Both the position numbers and the translations under genes were made by a program. A stretch of DNA of 62,346 nucleotides from Candidatus Zhuqueibacterota bacterium (lineage in GTDB: Bacteria > Zhuqueibacterota > Zhuqueibacteria > Thermofontimicrobiales > Thermofontimicrobiaceae), in assembly GCA_016783825.1 (NCBI GenBank), contig JADHVV010000004.1, positions 1-62,346 on the forward strand. The letters are read 5' to 3'. The notes beneath the pieces were generated by a model. It worked only from the letters and a program-made list of their open reading frames with translations. It was not told where the DNA came from and ran no database searches. The stretch's first letter is position 1; every line of letters begins with the position of its first letter. This document shows positions 19,799 through 28,103 of the stretch, in pieces.

Positions 19799-20317
19799 AT
19801 GAAAGATAAATATTTAAATATTATGGTAATCTGTGTAATGTCATTTTTGATATTTGAAATTGATTGCCAGGCACAGGACGTAAAAGAAGACAGTATTAAA
19901 GTAACAAATGGAAAATTACAAACAGTACAGGATAGTGTAAAATTAAAAATAAAAAATCCAACAGGTGCAATGATTCGCTCACTGGTTTTTCCTGGTTTGG
20001 GTCAATGGTACAATAATAAGAAATTTAAAGCATTGATTGTTTTTTGTGCTGAAACCGGGTTGTTAGCAAATGCAATTTATTTAAATCAACAATTGGTAAA
20101 AAGCACAGAAGATTGGGAGCGGAATTTCTACATTGAAAATCGGAATATTTCAGTCTGGTGGTTAATCGGTGTTACCTTACTGAGCCTAACAGATGCTTAT
20201 GTTGATGCTCATTTAGCGGATTTTGATGAGAGCCCAATCTTATCATCTATAAAATTTCAGCCTATTGTGGCGACAAGAGATGTTGGATTTGAAGTATCGC
20301 TTTGTTTTAATTTTTAA
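19799..20317 (+). CDS. DUF5683-like membrane protein
   Basis: Signal-like MKDKYLNIMVICVMSFLIFEI and the motif SLVFPGLGQWYNNKKFKALIVF. The track ORF start (19706) lies at the edge of the upstream palindrome and is probably an artefactual extension. Confidence 0.65.
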   Translation: MKDKYLNIMVICVMSFLIFEIDCQAQDVKEDSIKVTNGKLQTVQDSVKLKIKNPTGAMIRSLVFPGLGQWYNNKKFKALIVFCAETGLLANAIYLNQQLVKSTEDWERNFYIENRNISVWWLIGVTLLSLTDAYVDAHLADFDESPILSSIKFQPIVATRDVGFEVSLCFNF

Positions 20318-20337
20318 ATTTCTGGCTAATTAGGCTT

Positions 20338-20483
20338 GAACGAAAACTCTCATTTTTCTGTCATTGCGAGGAGCGGAGCGACGAAGCAATCCCATTAATA
20401 AGTGCTTAATATTCAAGAGATTGCTTCGCTCCTTCGTCGTTCGCAATGACAGGTGCATTTTTAAATTTCACTAGTTTTCGTTC
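20338..20483. repeat. Palindromic element of the GTCATT...AATGAC superfamily (GTCATTGCGAGGAGCGGAGCGACGAAGCAATC variant)
   Basis: Outer stem GAACGAAAACT/AGTTTTCGTTC; GTCATTGCGA (20360-) pairs with TCGCAATGAC (-20450); inner stem GAAGCAATC/GATTGCTTC. Confidence 0.9.
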
Positions 20484-20524
20484 AGACACTAATTAATAAA
20501 CACAAAATATTTCGGAGGCTATTT

Positions 20525-21579
20525 ATGGAAGGATTTTTTTCGCAGACATTTTATGGGAACACAATTGGACAATGGTTCCTGGCATTACTGGTAGTCGTGG
20601 CTGCTGTTGTTGTTGGAAAAGTTGTTTATTGGATTATTAAAAATTTCATCCACAAGATTACAGCTAAAACAAAAAACAAACTTGATGATATAATCATCGA
20701 TATGATTGAAGAACCGATTATGTTTGCAATTATCATTGCCGGTGCATGGTGGGGATTATCTACTTTGACTTTTGGTGAAACGGCAGAATCTTTGATTGGA
20801 CATATTTATTTTATTTTAATTTTGCTTAATATCGCCTGGCTTATTACACGGTTGTTTGATTCACTAGTTAATCATTTTGTCGTGCCGATTGTTGAAAAAA
20901 GCAAAAGTGATCTGGATGACCAGGTTTTACCAATTATTAGAAAAGGTTAAAATTAGTTGTTTGGATTGTCGCAATCATTGTCGGATTAAATAATGCCGGA
21001 ATCCAGGTGGCCCCTTTACTTGCTGCTCTTGGTATCGGGGGGCTTGTATTTGCCCTGGCAGCGCAGGATTCGGTGGCTAATTTATTTGGTGGTTTTACCA
21101 TCTTTATGGACAAGCCATTCAAATTAAGAGACAGAATAAAGATTAGCGGTTACGATGGAACAATAAAAGAAGTTGGCATCAGGAGTACGAGATTAGTTAC
21201 CCTCGAAGGGCGAACGGTTACACTCCCGAATAAAGTGTTTACCGGGAGTCCGGTTGAAAATGTATCGTCCGAACCAACGCGAAAGGTGGTTTTAAATCTT
21301 GGGTTAACCTATGACACGGACGATAAGAAGATCGAACAGGCGATGGCGATTTTGCAGAAAATTGTTGATAATAATGAAGGCATTGAAGAACCTCCGAAAA
21401 TCGCCTTTAATCAATTTGGAGATTTTGCACTGAATATTCTTTTTATCTATTATATCAAAAAAGGCGCTGACATTCTTGGCACACAGACAGCGATTAATTT
21501 GGAAATTTTAAAACAGTTCAATAAAAGCAAACTTGAATTTGCATTTCCATCTCAAACGATTTTTACAAAACAGATTTAA
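20525..21579 (+). pseudogene. MscS-family mechanosensitive channel interrupted by a 1-nt frameshift in an A-run
   Basis: ORF 20525-20950 encodes the N-terminal TM helices. The frame of ORF 21007-21579 is open back to 20941 and encodes KRLKLVVWIVAIIVGLNNAGIQVAPLLAALGIGGLVFALAAQDSVANLFGG (MscS pore helix and beta domain). One extra A in AGAAAAGG (20939-20946) would fuse them as ...LPIIRKRLKLVVW... Confidence 0.8.
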
Positions 21580-21593
21580 TGTGATTTGTTACT

Positions 21594-21672
21594 GGTCATT
21601 GGTTAATTTGTCATTAGTCATTAGTAATGACAAATGACACCAATGACTAATGACAAAATGACCAATGACTAA
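21594..21672. repeat. Word-hairpin (GTCATTAG / TAATGAC words)
   Basis: GGTCATTGGTTAATTTGTCATTAGTCATTAG pairs with TAATGACAAATGACACCAATGACTAATGACAAAATGACCAATGAC. Confidence 0.85.
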
Positions 21673-21691
21673 TAAAAACCAGGAGGTATTT

Positions 21692-23065
21692 GTGGCAGCA
21701 ATAGAAAATAGCCGGGGAAACTGGGGTTCGAAATTTGGTTTTATCCTGGCGGCAGCAGGTTCTGCAATCGGTCTTGGAAATATTTGGAGGTTTCCCTACG
21801 TAGCTGGCGAAAATGGCGGAGCAGCATTTGTCTTTATTTACATCTTGTTTGTTGTACTGATTGGTTTGCCGGTTATGATTGCTGAATTATCAATTGGTCG
21901 CAAAACCGAAAAAAATCCTGTTGGTGCATTTAAAACACTTTTCCCACCGAGTCTTTGGAAGTTAGTTGGCGGGTTAGGCGTTTTAACGGGGATTGGTATC
22001 CTTTCTTTTTATGGCGTCATTGCCGGTTATACTTTTGGTTATTTTATTAAAATAATAACAGGCGGGTTGAGCAATGTTGTAACTGCATCCCAGTCCGAAG
22101 AAATTTTCAAATCGTTCACCGCAGATCCATTCATGTCCATTGGATTGCTATTTTTCTTTGTCTGGCTCACAGTAATGGTTGTCATGGGAGGTGTGTCTTC
22201 AGGTATTGAACGATGGTCTAAAATTTTAATGCCGGTTCTTTTTGTTTTATTAATATTATTAGCTGTTCGATCTGTTACCTTGGAAGGATCTGGTGCCGGA
22301 TTAAGTTTTTATTTGAAGCCTGATTTTTCCAAGATTTCATTTACGACTTTTGCTCGCGCTTTAGGGCAGGCGCTGTTTTCATTGAGCCTGGGAATGGGCA
22401 CTATGATAACCTACGGCAGCTACATTGCAAAAAAAGATAACCTGGTTACCTCGGCGGCTTTTGTTGCTTTTTTCGATACGTTGATTGCAATTTTAGCCGG
22501 ATTGGTAATGTTTCCCGCTCTATTTGCCATGGGAATGGATCCCGCTGGCGGCGCCGGTTTGGTGTTTGTGGTTCTCCCCTCAATTTTTGCAAAAATTCCC
22601 GGGGGAATGATTTTTGGCGCTGGTATTTTTCTGCTGCTGTCTGTGGCAGCATTAACCTCGACGATCTCTTTATTAGAGGTGCCGGTCGCCTATTTTGTAG
22701 ATGAGCACAAATGGTCTCGGAGAAAAGCTGTTATCTCGATGGGCATTATTACGTTTATTATTGGCATCCCCTCGGCTTTATCATTTGGAGCAAATTCATT
22801 CCTCTCTACCATTATCGCTGAAAATTTTGGATTTTTAGATATGATGAATGCCGTGTTTGGTAACTATTCGCTTTCCATCGGCGCATTTTTTATTGCCATA
22901 TTTGCCGGGTATAAATGGGGGGTAAAAGCCGTGGCTGATGAATTGGAAAAAGAAGGAAATGTATTCTTTTATAAAAAAGCCTGGGCATTTTTAATTCGCT
23001 TTATCTGCCCCCTTGCCATTTTCTTTATTCTCAGTTACATTGCCTGGACGGGGAATTATTTTTAA
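21692..23065 (+). CDS. Sodium-dependent transporter, neurotransmitter:sodium symporter (SNF/NSS) family
   Basis: GFILAAAGSAIGLGNIWRFPY and multiple TM helices. AGGAGG (21681-21686) lies 5 nt before the GTG at 21692. The track start ATG at 21665 sits inside the upstream hairpin. Confidence 0.9.
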   Translation: MAAIENSRGNWGSKFGFILAAAGSAIGLGNIWRFPYVAGENGGAAFVFIYILFVVLIGLPVMIAELSIGRKTEKNPVGAFKTLFPPSLWKLVGGLGVLTGIGILSFYGVIAGYTFGYFIKIITGGLSNVVTASQSEEIFKSFTADPFMSIGLLFFFVWLTVMVVMGGVSSGIERWSKILMPVLFVLLILLAVRSVTLEGSGAGLSFYLKPDFSKISFTTFARALGQALFSLSLGMGTMITYGSYIAKKDNLVTSAAFVAFFDTLIAILAGLVMFPALFAMGMDPAGGAGLVFVVLPSIFAKIPGGMIFGAGIFLLLSVAALTSTISLLEVPVAYFVDEHKWSRRKAVISMGIITFIIGIPSALSFGANSFLSTIIAENFGFLDMMNAVFGNYSLSIGAFFIAIFAGYKWGVKAVADELEKEGNVFFYKKAWAFLIRFICPLAIFFILSYIAWTGNYF

Positions 23066-23074
23066 ATTAATTGT

Positions 23075-23558
23075 CCTAACCTGAATAAACCAGAATGGAT
23101 GTTGTTGGCACTAATTCAATTTTGAAAATAATATAAGGTAAAGGAAAAGGTGAAGGTAAAGAAAAACAAAAAACTTTGCCTGGGTGTAAACCAATAATTT
23201 CGGATAATCAAAATTAATGAACAAAGCCAGGAGATTCTTATTATAGCAGAATGATTGATAGCAGAATAATTTTATTTAATAGTTTAAGCTCTGGAATTAC
23301 ATAAAGTTAGTAATTGAATATTATAATCTGCTATCGCCGATGTCAACCTGGATGTTGACAATATAACACTTTTCATTTTTTAATTATTCTGCTAAAAATT
23401 ATTCTGCTATTTTAATAATGATTCGAACTCAAAAAATCAATCTTTAATACAATAGTTCTATTCTAAAATAAAACAAATGGTTACAGTTTTTTACACTTTT
23501 CAGGCAAATTCCGAAATTATGGGATTGCACCCCTTTGCCTTTACCTATACCTTTCTAT
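23075..23558. repeat. Large nested palindrome (about 0.45 kb) bounded by GGTAAAGG word arms, preceded by the 22-nt boundary motif
   Basis: CCTAACCTGAATAAACCAGAAT (23075-23096). Outer arms are ATAAGGTAAAGGAAAAGGTGAAGGTAAAG (23133-) and CCTTTGCCTTTACCTATACCTTTCTAT (-23558). Inner inverted pairs are GGGTGTAAACCAATAATTTCGGA/TCCGAAATTATGGGATTGCACCC and TATAGCAGAATGATTGATAGCAGAATAAT/ATTATTCTGCTAAAAATTATTCTGCTAT, with centre TGTCAAC-ctggat-GTTGACA. Confidence 0.85.
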
Positions 23559-23627
23559 TGGTTAGAATAAATATTTTTTTATTCGATGGACAATAAATAT
23601 ATTGTTTCTAAATTTAAAGAGATAAAC

Positions 23628-24173
23628 ATGAATCGTGACGAAGCATACAAACTTTCAAAATCTAAATTTTCAAACAAGAATTTGTTCAAACATGTGCTTG
23701 CAGTCGAAGCTGTAATGAAGGGGCTGGCAGCACATTTTAACGAGGACGAAGAAAAATGGGGACTGGCAGGTCTGCTCCATGATTTGGATTATGAACAAAC
23801 GATGAATGATCCGGATCGCCACACATTAGTAACCGAAGAAATGCTTGCAGAATATAGCCTCGATCCTGAAATTATTGAAGCCATCAAATGCCATAATGAT
23901 AAAGCTCCCAGAAGCAAACAAATTGGAAAAGCGATTTATGCGGCAGATCCGGTAACCGGGCTAATTGTCGCAGCAGCGCTCATGCATCCTGATAAAAAAT
24001 TAGCTTCGTTAGATGTGGAATTTATTTTAAGACGCTTCAAAGAAAAAAGATTTGCCGCCGGCGCAAACCGTGATCAAATAAAAACCTGTGAAGATTTGGA
24101 ACTTTCTTTGGAAGAATTTTTGGATATTTCCTTAAAATCAATGCAAAGCATTCATAAGGAACTTGGATTGTGA
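23628..24173 (+). CDS. HD-domain phosphohydrolase (HDIG-like)
   Basis: KHVLAVEAVMKGLA and GLLHDLDYE. The ATG at 23628 has an AAAGAG RBS and gives MNRDEAYKL; the track ORF starts at 23586. Confidence 0.8.
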   Translation: MNRDEAYKLSKSKFSNKNLFKHVLAVEAVMKGLAAHFNEDEEKWGLAGLLHDLDYEQTMNDPDRHTLVTEEMLAEYSLDPEIIEAIKCHNDKAPRSKQIGKAIYAADPVTGLIVAAALMHPDKKLASLDVEFILRRFKEKRFAAGANRDQIKTCEDLELSLEEFLDISLKSMQSIHKELGL

Positions 24174-24568
24174 AAAATAGTTTTTTGATAGTTGTGGTTT
24201 TTCTTTGGATTTTACTTTTTCTTTCACAAACAGCAAGTGCGGGCAATTTTGAATTAAAAAAAATACAACCGGAAAAATTTCAATTACAAAAGATCACCTT
24301 CACTGTTTCGGATTCCTGGTTCAGCAGGGATAAAGCGCATCATTTTTTGACCAGTGCTTTTTTAACAACAGCAGGGTATTATTATTCACGGGAGCTTAAT
24401 AATTTTTCCAATTTTAAATCACAGCAGCTTGGTATTTCTTTCTCACTTTCTTTCGGGTTAATAAAAGAGATTCGGGATGGAATACAAAAAAATAATTCGT
24501 TTAGCTGGAAGGATTTAGTGGCGGATATTTTAGGGATTGCTGTGGGGCTGGTCTTGGTTTCGGATTGA
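24170..24568 (+). CDS. Small membrane/periplasmic protein, YfiM/DUF2279-like
   Basis: The GTG start overlaps the upstream stop. Signal-like FLIVVVFLWILLFLSQTASA, then DKAHHFLTSAF and WKDLVADILGIAVG. Confidence 0.5.
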   Translation: MKNSFLIVVVFLWILLFLSQTASAGNFELKKIQPEKFQLQKITFTVSDSWFSRDKAHHFLTSAFLTTAGYYYSRELNNFSNFKSQQLGISFSLSFGLIKEIRDGIQKNNSFSWKDLVADILGIAVGLVLVSD

Positions 24569-24677
24569 TGGTGATATTAGTATTAATCGTTTTTAATTGC
24601 TCGATCTCATCCAATCTTTGAATGTCAGGTGAGCGGTTACAGATTTTGAGAGTTAGAAATTATAAAGGAGAAGTATT

Positions 24678-24914
24678 ATGACCAATTTAACAGTACAACT
24701 AATGGACAATGATTTCAAGCGTTTGATTAAAACAGCTAAGCAGCGAGGAAAATCTGTCCAGGCGTTAATTTATGATTGGATTTCACAATTACCGGAAGTT
24801 GAAGAGTCCTATGATGTAACGGATGATCCCATTTTTACAATTGATGGATTCGAATCTGATGCTCCAAAAAACTTGTCAATAGATTTAGATAAATTTATTT
24901 ATGGAGATAACTGA
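24678..24914 (+). CDS. Putative antitoxin of a VapBC-like pair
   Basis: 78-aa ORF with AAGGAG RBS, ending 5 nt before the PIN gene. I see no strong family motif. Confidence 0.55.
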   Translation: MTNLTVQLMDNDFKRLIKTAKQRGKSVQALIYDWISQLPEVEESYDVTDDPIFTIDGFESDAPKNLSIDLDKFIYGDN

Positions 24915-24919
24915 TTGCG

Positions 24920-25330
24920 ATGGAAAAAATATTCGTAGATGCTAATGCCTGGATTGCCCTGAGCAGTAAAAGAGATCAATTTCATGATAGCGCTGTAAAA
25001 TTGAACAAAAAGCTATTGAAGGAAAAATATCAATATGTAACTTCAAATTTTGTGCTTGACGAAACTTACACTGGATTAGTAATGAAGGTTGGACATTTTG
25101 CTGCGGTTGATTTCGGAGAACGAATACGTGATTCAAAAATAACAACAATTATTCATATTGCCGAAGAATTAGAATATGAATCATGGAAACTATTTAAACA
25201 GCACAAAGACAAATTTTTTTCATTTACAGATTGCACATCTTTTGTAATAATGAGACAGTTAAATATATACAAAACCTTCACCAATGATCACCATTTTGAA
25301 CAAATGGGATTTTCAATTTTATTAAAATAA
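24920..25330 (+). CDS. vapC: PIN-domain toxin (VapC-like ribonuclease)
   Basis: Conserved acidic positions lie in IFVDANAWIAL, FVLDETYT and FSFTDCTSFVIM, with NDHHFEQ at the C-terminus. Confidence 0.75.
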   Translation: MEKIFVDANAWIALSSKRDQFHDSAVKLNKKLLKEKYQYVTSNFVLDETYTGLVMKVGHFAAVDFGERIRDSKITTIIHIAEELEYESWKLFKQHKDKFFSFTDCTSFVIMRQLNIYKTFTNDHHFEQMGFSILLK

Positions 25331-25341
25331 AAAAATCAATT

Positions 25342-26763
25342 ATGACTACAACTTGGAATGACAAACCACGAGAAGAATGCGCTGTAATGGGTGTTCACAA
25401 CCACCCCAACGCAGCTAATTTTGTTTACCTGGGGCTGTATTCGCTGCAGCACCGCGGGCAGGAAAGCTCCGGTATTGTAACGAATGATAAGGGCACATTT
25501 TATAAACACGTCGATATGGGTTTAGTGGCTGATGTCTATTCCAAAACTTCGGATATGGAAAGATTAATTGGCAACATTGCCATCGGTCACAACAGGTATT
25601 CGACTACCGGGAAAGTCAAGAAGGTAAATGCACAGCCATTCGTCGTCAGTTCAAAGTACGGTCCAATGGCAATTGCCCATAATGGTAATTTAGTAAATTC
25701 ACAATTTCTTCGGCGTCAATTGGAAGATGAAGGGGCAATTTTTCAAACAACCACTGATACGGAAATTGTCCTGCATTTGATCGCACGGTCTAAAAAGGGA
25801 AAAATGATCGAAAAGGTCATTGATTCATTGGATCAAATTAAAGGGGCATTTTCCCTGGCAATCATGACGCGGAAAAAATTAATCGGAGCGAGAGATCCCA
25901 GGGGATTCCGTCCCCTCTGCATTGGGAAAAAAGATGGCGCGTACATTTTAGCATCTGAATCGTGCGCTTTTGATATTTTGGATGCTGAATACATCAGGGA
26001 AGTTGAGCCAGGTGAGGTAGTTGTTTTTGATAAAGACGGAATGTCAACTTACAGGTTGACGGAAAAAGCGGAAAATAGTGGCTGTGTTTTTGAGTACATC
26101 TATTTTTCACGACCGGACAGTCGCATATTTGGAGAAAAAGTTGACAAAGCCCGTCGTAAGCTTGGTAAAATGCTGGCGCTTGAAAAACCGGTTGATGCTG
26201 ACAGGATCATCCCCGTCCCGGATTCAAGCAATACAGCGGCACTGGGTTATGCACAAGAAGCCGACATCCGTTTTGAGATTGGTCTCATCAGGAATCATTA
26301 TATCGGCAGAACTTTTATTCATCCGGTTCAATCTATGCGCGATTTTAATGTGCGCATCAAATTTAATACTGTCAAAGGTGTGTTAAAAAATAAACGTATC
26401 GTTCTCATTGAAGACTCAATCGTTCGGGGAACTACCCTGAAACATTTAGTAAGAATGGTTCGTAATGCGGGTGCTGAAGAAATTCATGTGCGTGTCAGTT
26501 CTCCGCCAATTCTTTATCCGTGTTATTATGGCATGGATTTCCCGACAAAGGAGGAGCTAATCGCCTCCTGCATGACTATCGAGAAAATGAGAAAATATTT
26601 AGAAGTGGACTCATTACATTATCTATCGCTTGACGGATTATTAAACTCGGTGCCTCAAAAAAATTGTAGTTATTGTACAGCATGTTTCAGCGGTGAATAC
26701 CCAATTACCCCGGATCATAAAGCGATTAAATTTCAATTAGAGGATGGGATTGTAACCGATTAA
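25342..26763 (+). CDS. purF: Amidophosphoribosyltransferase
   Basis: N-terminal nucleophile context ECAVMGV, then LQHRGQESSGI, the PRPP loop VLIEDSIVRGTT and the Cys-rich C-terminus CYYGMDFP...CTACFSGEYP. Confidence 0.95.
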   Translation: MTTTWNDKPREECAVMGVHNHPNAANFVYLGLYSLQHRGQESSGIVTNDKGTFYKHVDMGLVADVYSKTSDMERLIGNIAIGHNRYSTTGKVKKVNAQPFVVSSKYGPMAIAHNGNLVNSQFLRRQLEDEGAIFQTTTDTEIVLHLIARSKKGKMIEKVIDSLDQIKGAFSLAIMTRKKLIGARDPRGFRPLCIGKKDGAYILASESCAFDILDAEYIREVEPGEVVVFDKDGMSTYRLTEKAENSGCVFEYIYFSRPDSRIFGEKVDKARRKLGKMLALEKPVDADRIIPVPDSSNTAALGYAQEADIRFEIGLIRNHYIGRTFIHPVQSMRDFNVRIKFNTVKGVLKNKRIVLIEDSIVRGTTLKHLVRMVRNAGAEEIHVRVSSPPILYPCYYGMDFPTKEELIASCMTIEKMRKYLEVDSLHYLSLDGLLNSVPQKNCSYCTACFSGEYPITPDHKAIKFQLEDGIVTD

Positions 26764-26767
26764 TTAG

Positions 26768-26888
26768 TTGGTCATAAAGGTTTTTTCAAGACTTCGTGGA
26801 ATAATGGAGTGATGGATTTTTGGAGTATTGGATTATTGTAAAATCCATAACTCCAAAAATCCATCACTCCAATACTCCTAATGACCAA
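26768..26888. repeat. Word-hairpin (GGAGTGATGGA words)
   Basis: TTGGTCAT...GGAGTGATGGATTTTTGGAGTATTGGATTAT pairs with ATAACTCCAAAAATCCATCACTCCAATACTCC...ATGACCAA. Confidence 0.85.
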
Positions 26889-26967
26889 ACATCAACAATG
26901 GAAATATAGACAAAATTTTGTCGATGTTTATATCATTAGTTCACAAAATTTCTGCCTGGAGACATAA

Positions 26968-27924
26968 ATGTTCAAAGTCCCATTAAAGTATGTAAAACCG
27001 TTTGACTATTTATTTATCCTTCGTCCTACGTTGTTTTTCCCAATCTGGATAATGATGCTTGCCGGGTATTCGGGTTTTTACACATTTAATGGAGAAGACA
27101 AATGGTTTTCGTTTTTCACCGATTGGATTTCGGTGTTAAATTTCTTACTCATCACGCTTGTTTCCGGCGCTGTTTTTATTCTCAATCAATTAGAAGATAT
27201 TGAAACTGACAAAGACAATCAAAAGCTGTTTCTTATTTCCGAATCTTATGTCCGACAGAAAACAGCACAGACGATTGCCTTTATTATTATTTCTGTTTCG
27301 CTAATCATCTTTCTCGTGGAAGATATTTACCTGTTTTTAATAAACAGTTTAAATGTTCTGTTTTGCGGATATTTATATAATTATAAACCGTTTTGCTGGA
27401 AAGACCTGCCTTTTCTCGGTGTCTTTATCAATATAGTTGGCGGTCTGTTCCTTTTTTTAAGTGGGTGGATAATTGCCGGATTTGGGCAGTGGAAAGCGTT
27501 TATTTATGTGATACCATACCTTTGTGCGTGGGGAACTGTCATGCTGTTAACGACTATTCCCGATCTTAAAGGGGATAAGTTACATGATAAAATAACCTTT
27601 GCCGCGCGTTTTGGTATCAAAAAAACTATTTGGACGGCAACAATTTGGGTGTTGTTTGGATTCATTGTAGGAATTTTTAATAAAGATTACCTTGTTATTT
27701 ATTCAATTGTTTTATCAATTCCAATATTTGTTATAATGGTATTCAAGCCAACTCAGGCCTGGATTTTTGCATGTATCAGATATCCAATGCTTTTTATCGC
27801 TCTTTTGCTCTGTCTTAAATTCCCGTTGTTTTTCTTTGTGCTGTTGGTCAATTACTATATTTCTAAAGTTTATTATATTTCAAGATTTGGGTTGGATTAC
27901 CCAACGTTTAAAGTTAAGGAGTAG
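26968..27924 (+). CDS. UbiA-family integral-membrane prenyltransferase
   Basis: About 8-9 TM helices. The first Asp-rich motif is NQLEDIETDKDN and the second acidic region is DLKGDKLHDKITF. Confidence 0.8.
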   Translation: MFKVPLKYVKPFDYLFILRPTLFFPIWIMMLAGYSGFYTFNGEDKWFSFFTDWISVLNFLLITLVSGAVFILNQLEDIETDKDNQKLFLISESYVRQKTAQTIAFIIISVSLIIFLVEDIYLFLINSLNVLFCGYLYNYKPFCWKDLPFLGVFINIVGGLFLFLSGWIIAGFGQWKAFIYVIPYLCAWGTVMLLTTIPDLKGDKLHDKITFAARFGIKKTIWTATIWVLFGFIVGIFNKDYLVIYSIVLSIPIFVIMVFKPTQAWIFACIRYPMLFIALLLCLKFPLFFFVLLVNYYISKVYYISRFGLDYPTFKVKE

Positions 27925-27929
27925 CATTA

Positions 27930-28103
27930 ATGATAAAGATCAAAAAAGATTTGTGTGATTTTTGTGGAACCTGTGTCTCAGTTTGTCCTGATGATGCGAT
28001 TGAGTTATTTGAAACAAGGGTGATAATTAATAATGAAATATGTACGGATTGTTTGAGATGTGTAAAAGTATGTCCTTTTGATGTATTGGAGGCTGGATCA
28101 TGA
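27930..28103 (+). CDS. 2x[4Fe-4S] ferredoxin, 57 aa (not in the supplied ORF track)
   Basis: My own translation gives MIKIKKDLCDFCGTCVSVCPDDAIELFETRVIINNEICTDCLRCVKVCPFDVLEAGS, with two CxxCxxCxxxCP motifs. The stop TGA overlaps the ATG of the next gene (ATGA). Confidence 0.85.
   Translation: MIKIKKDLCDFCGTCVSVCPDDAIELFETRVIINNEICTDCLRCVKVCPFDVLEAGS

Noticed and set aside
27767-27958. 63-aa + strand ORF at the UbiA/ferredoxin junction
   Set aside because: It is out of frame within the UbiA CDS. The real small gene here is the 57-aa ferredoxin starting at 27930 in another frame.
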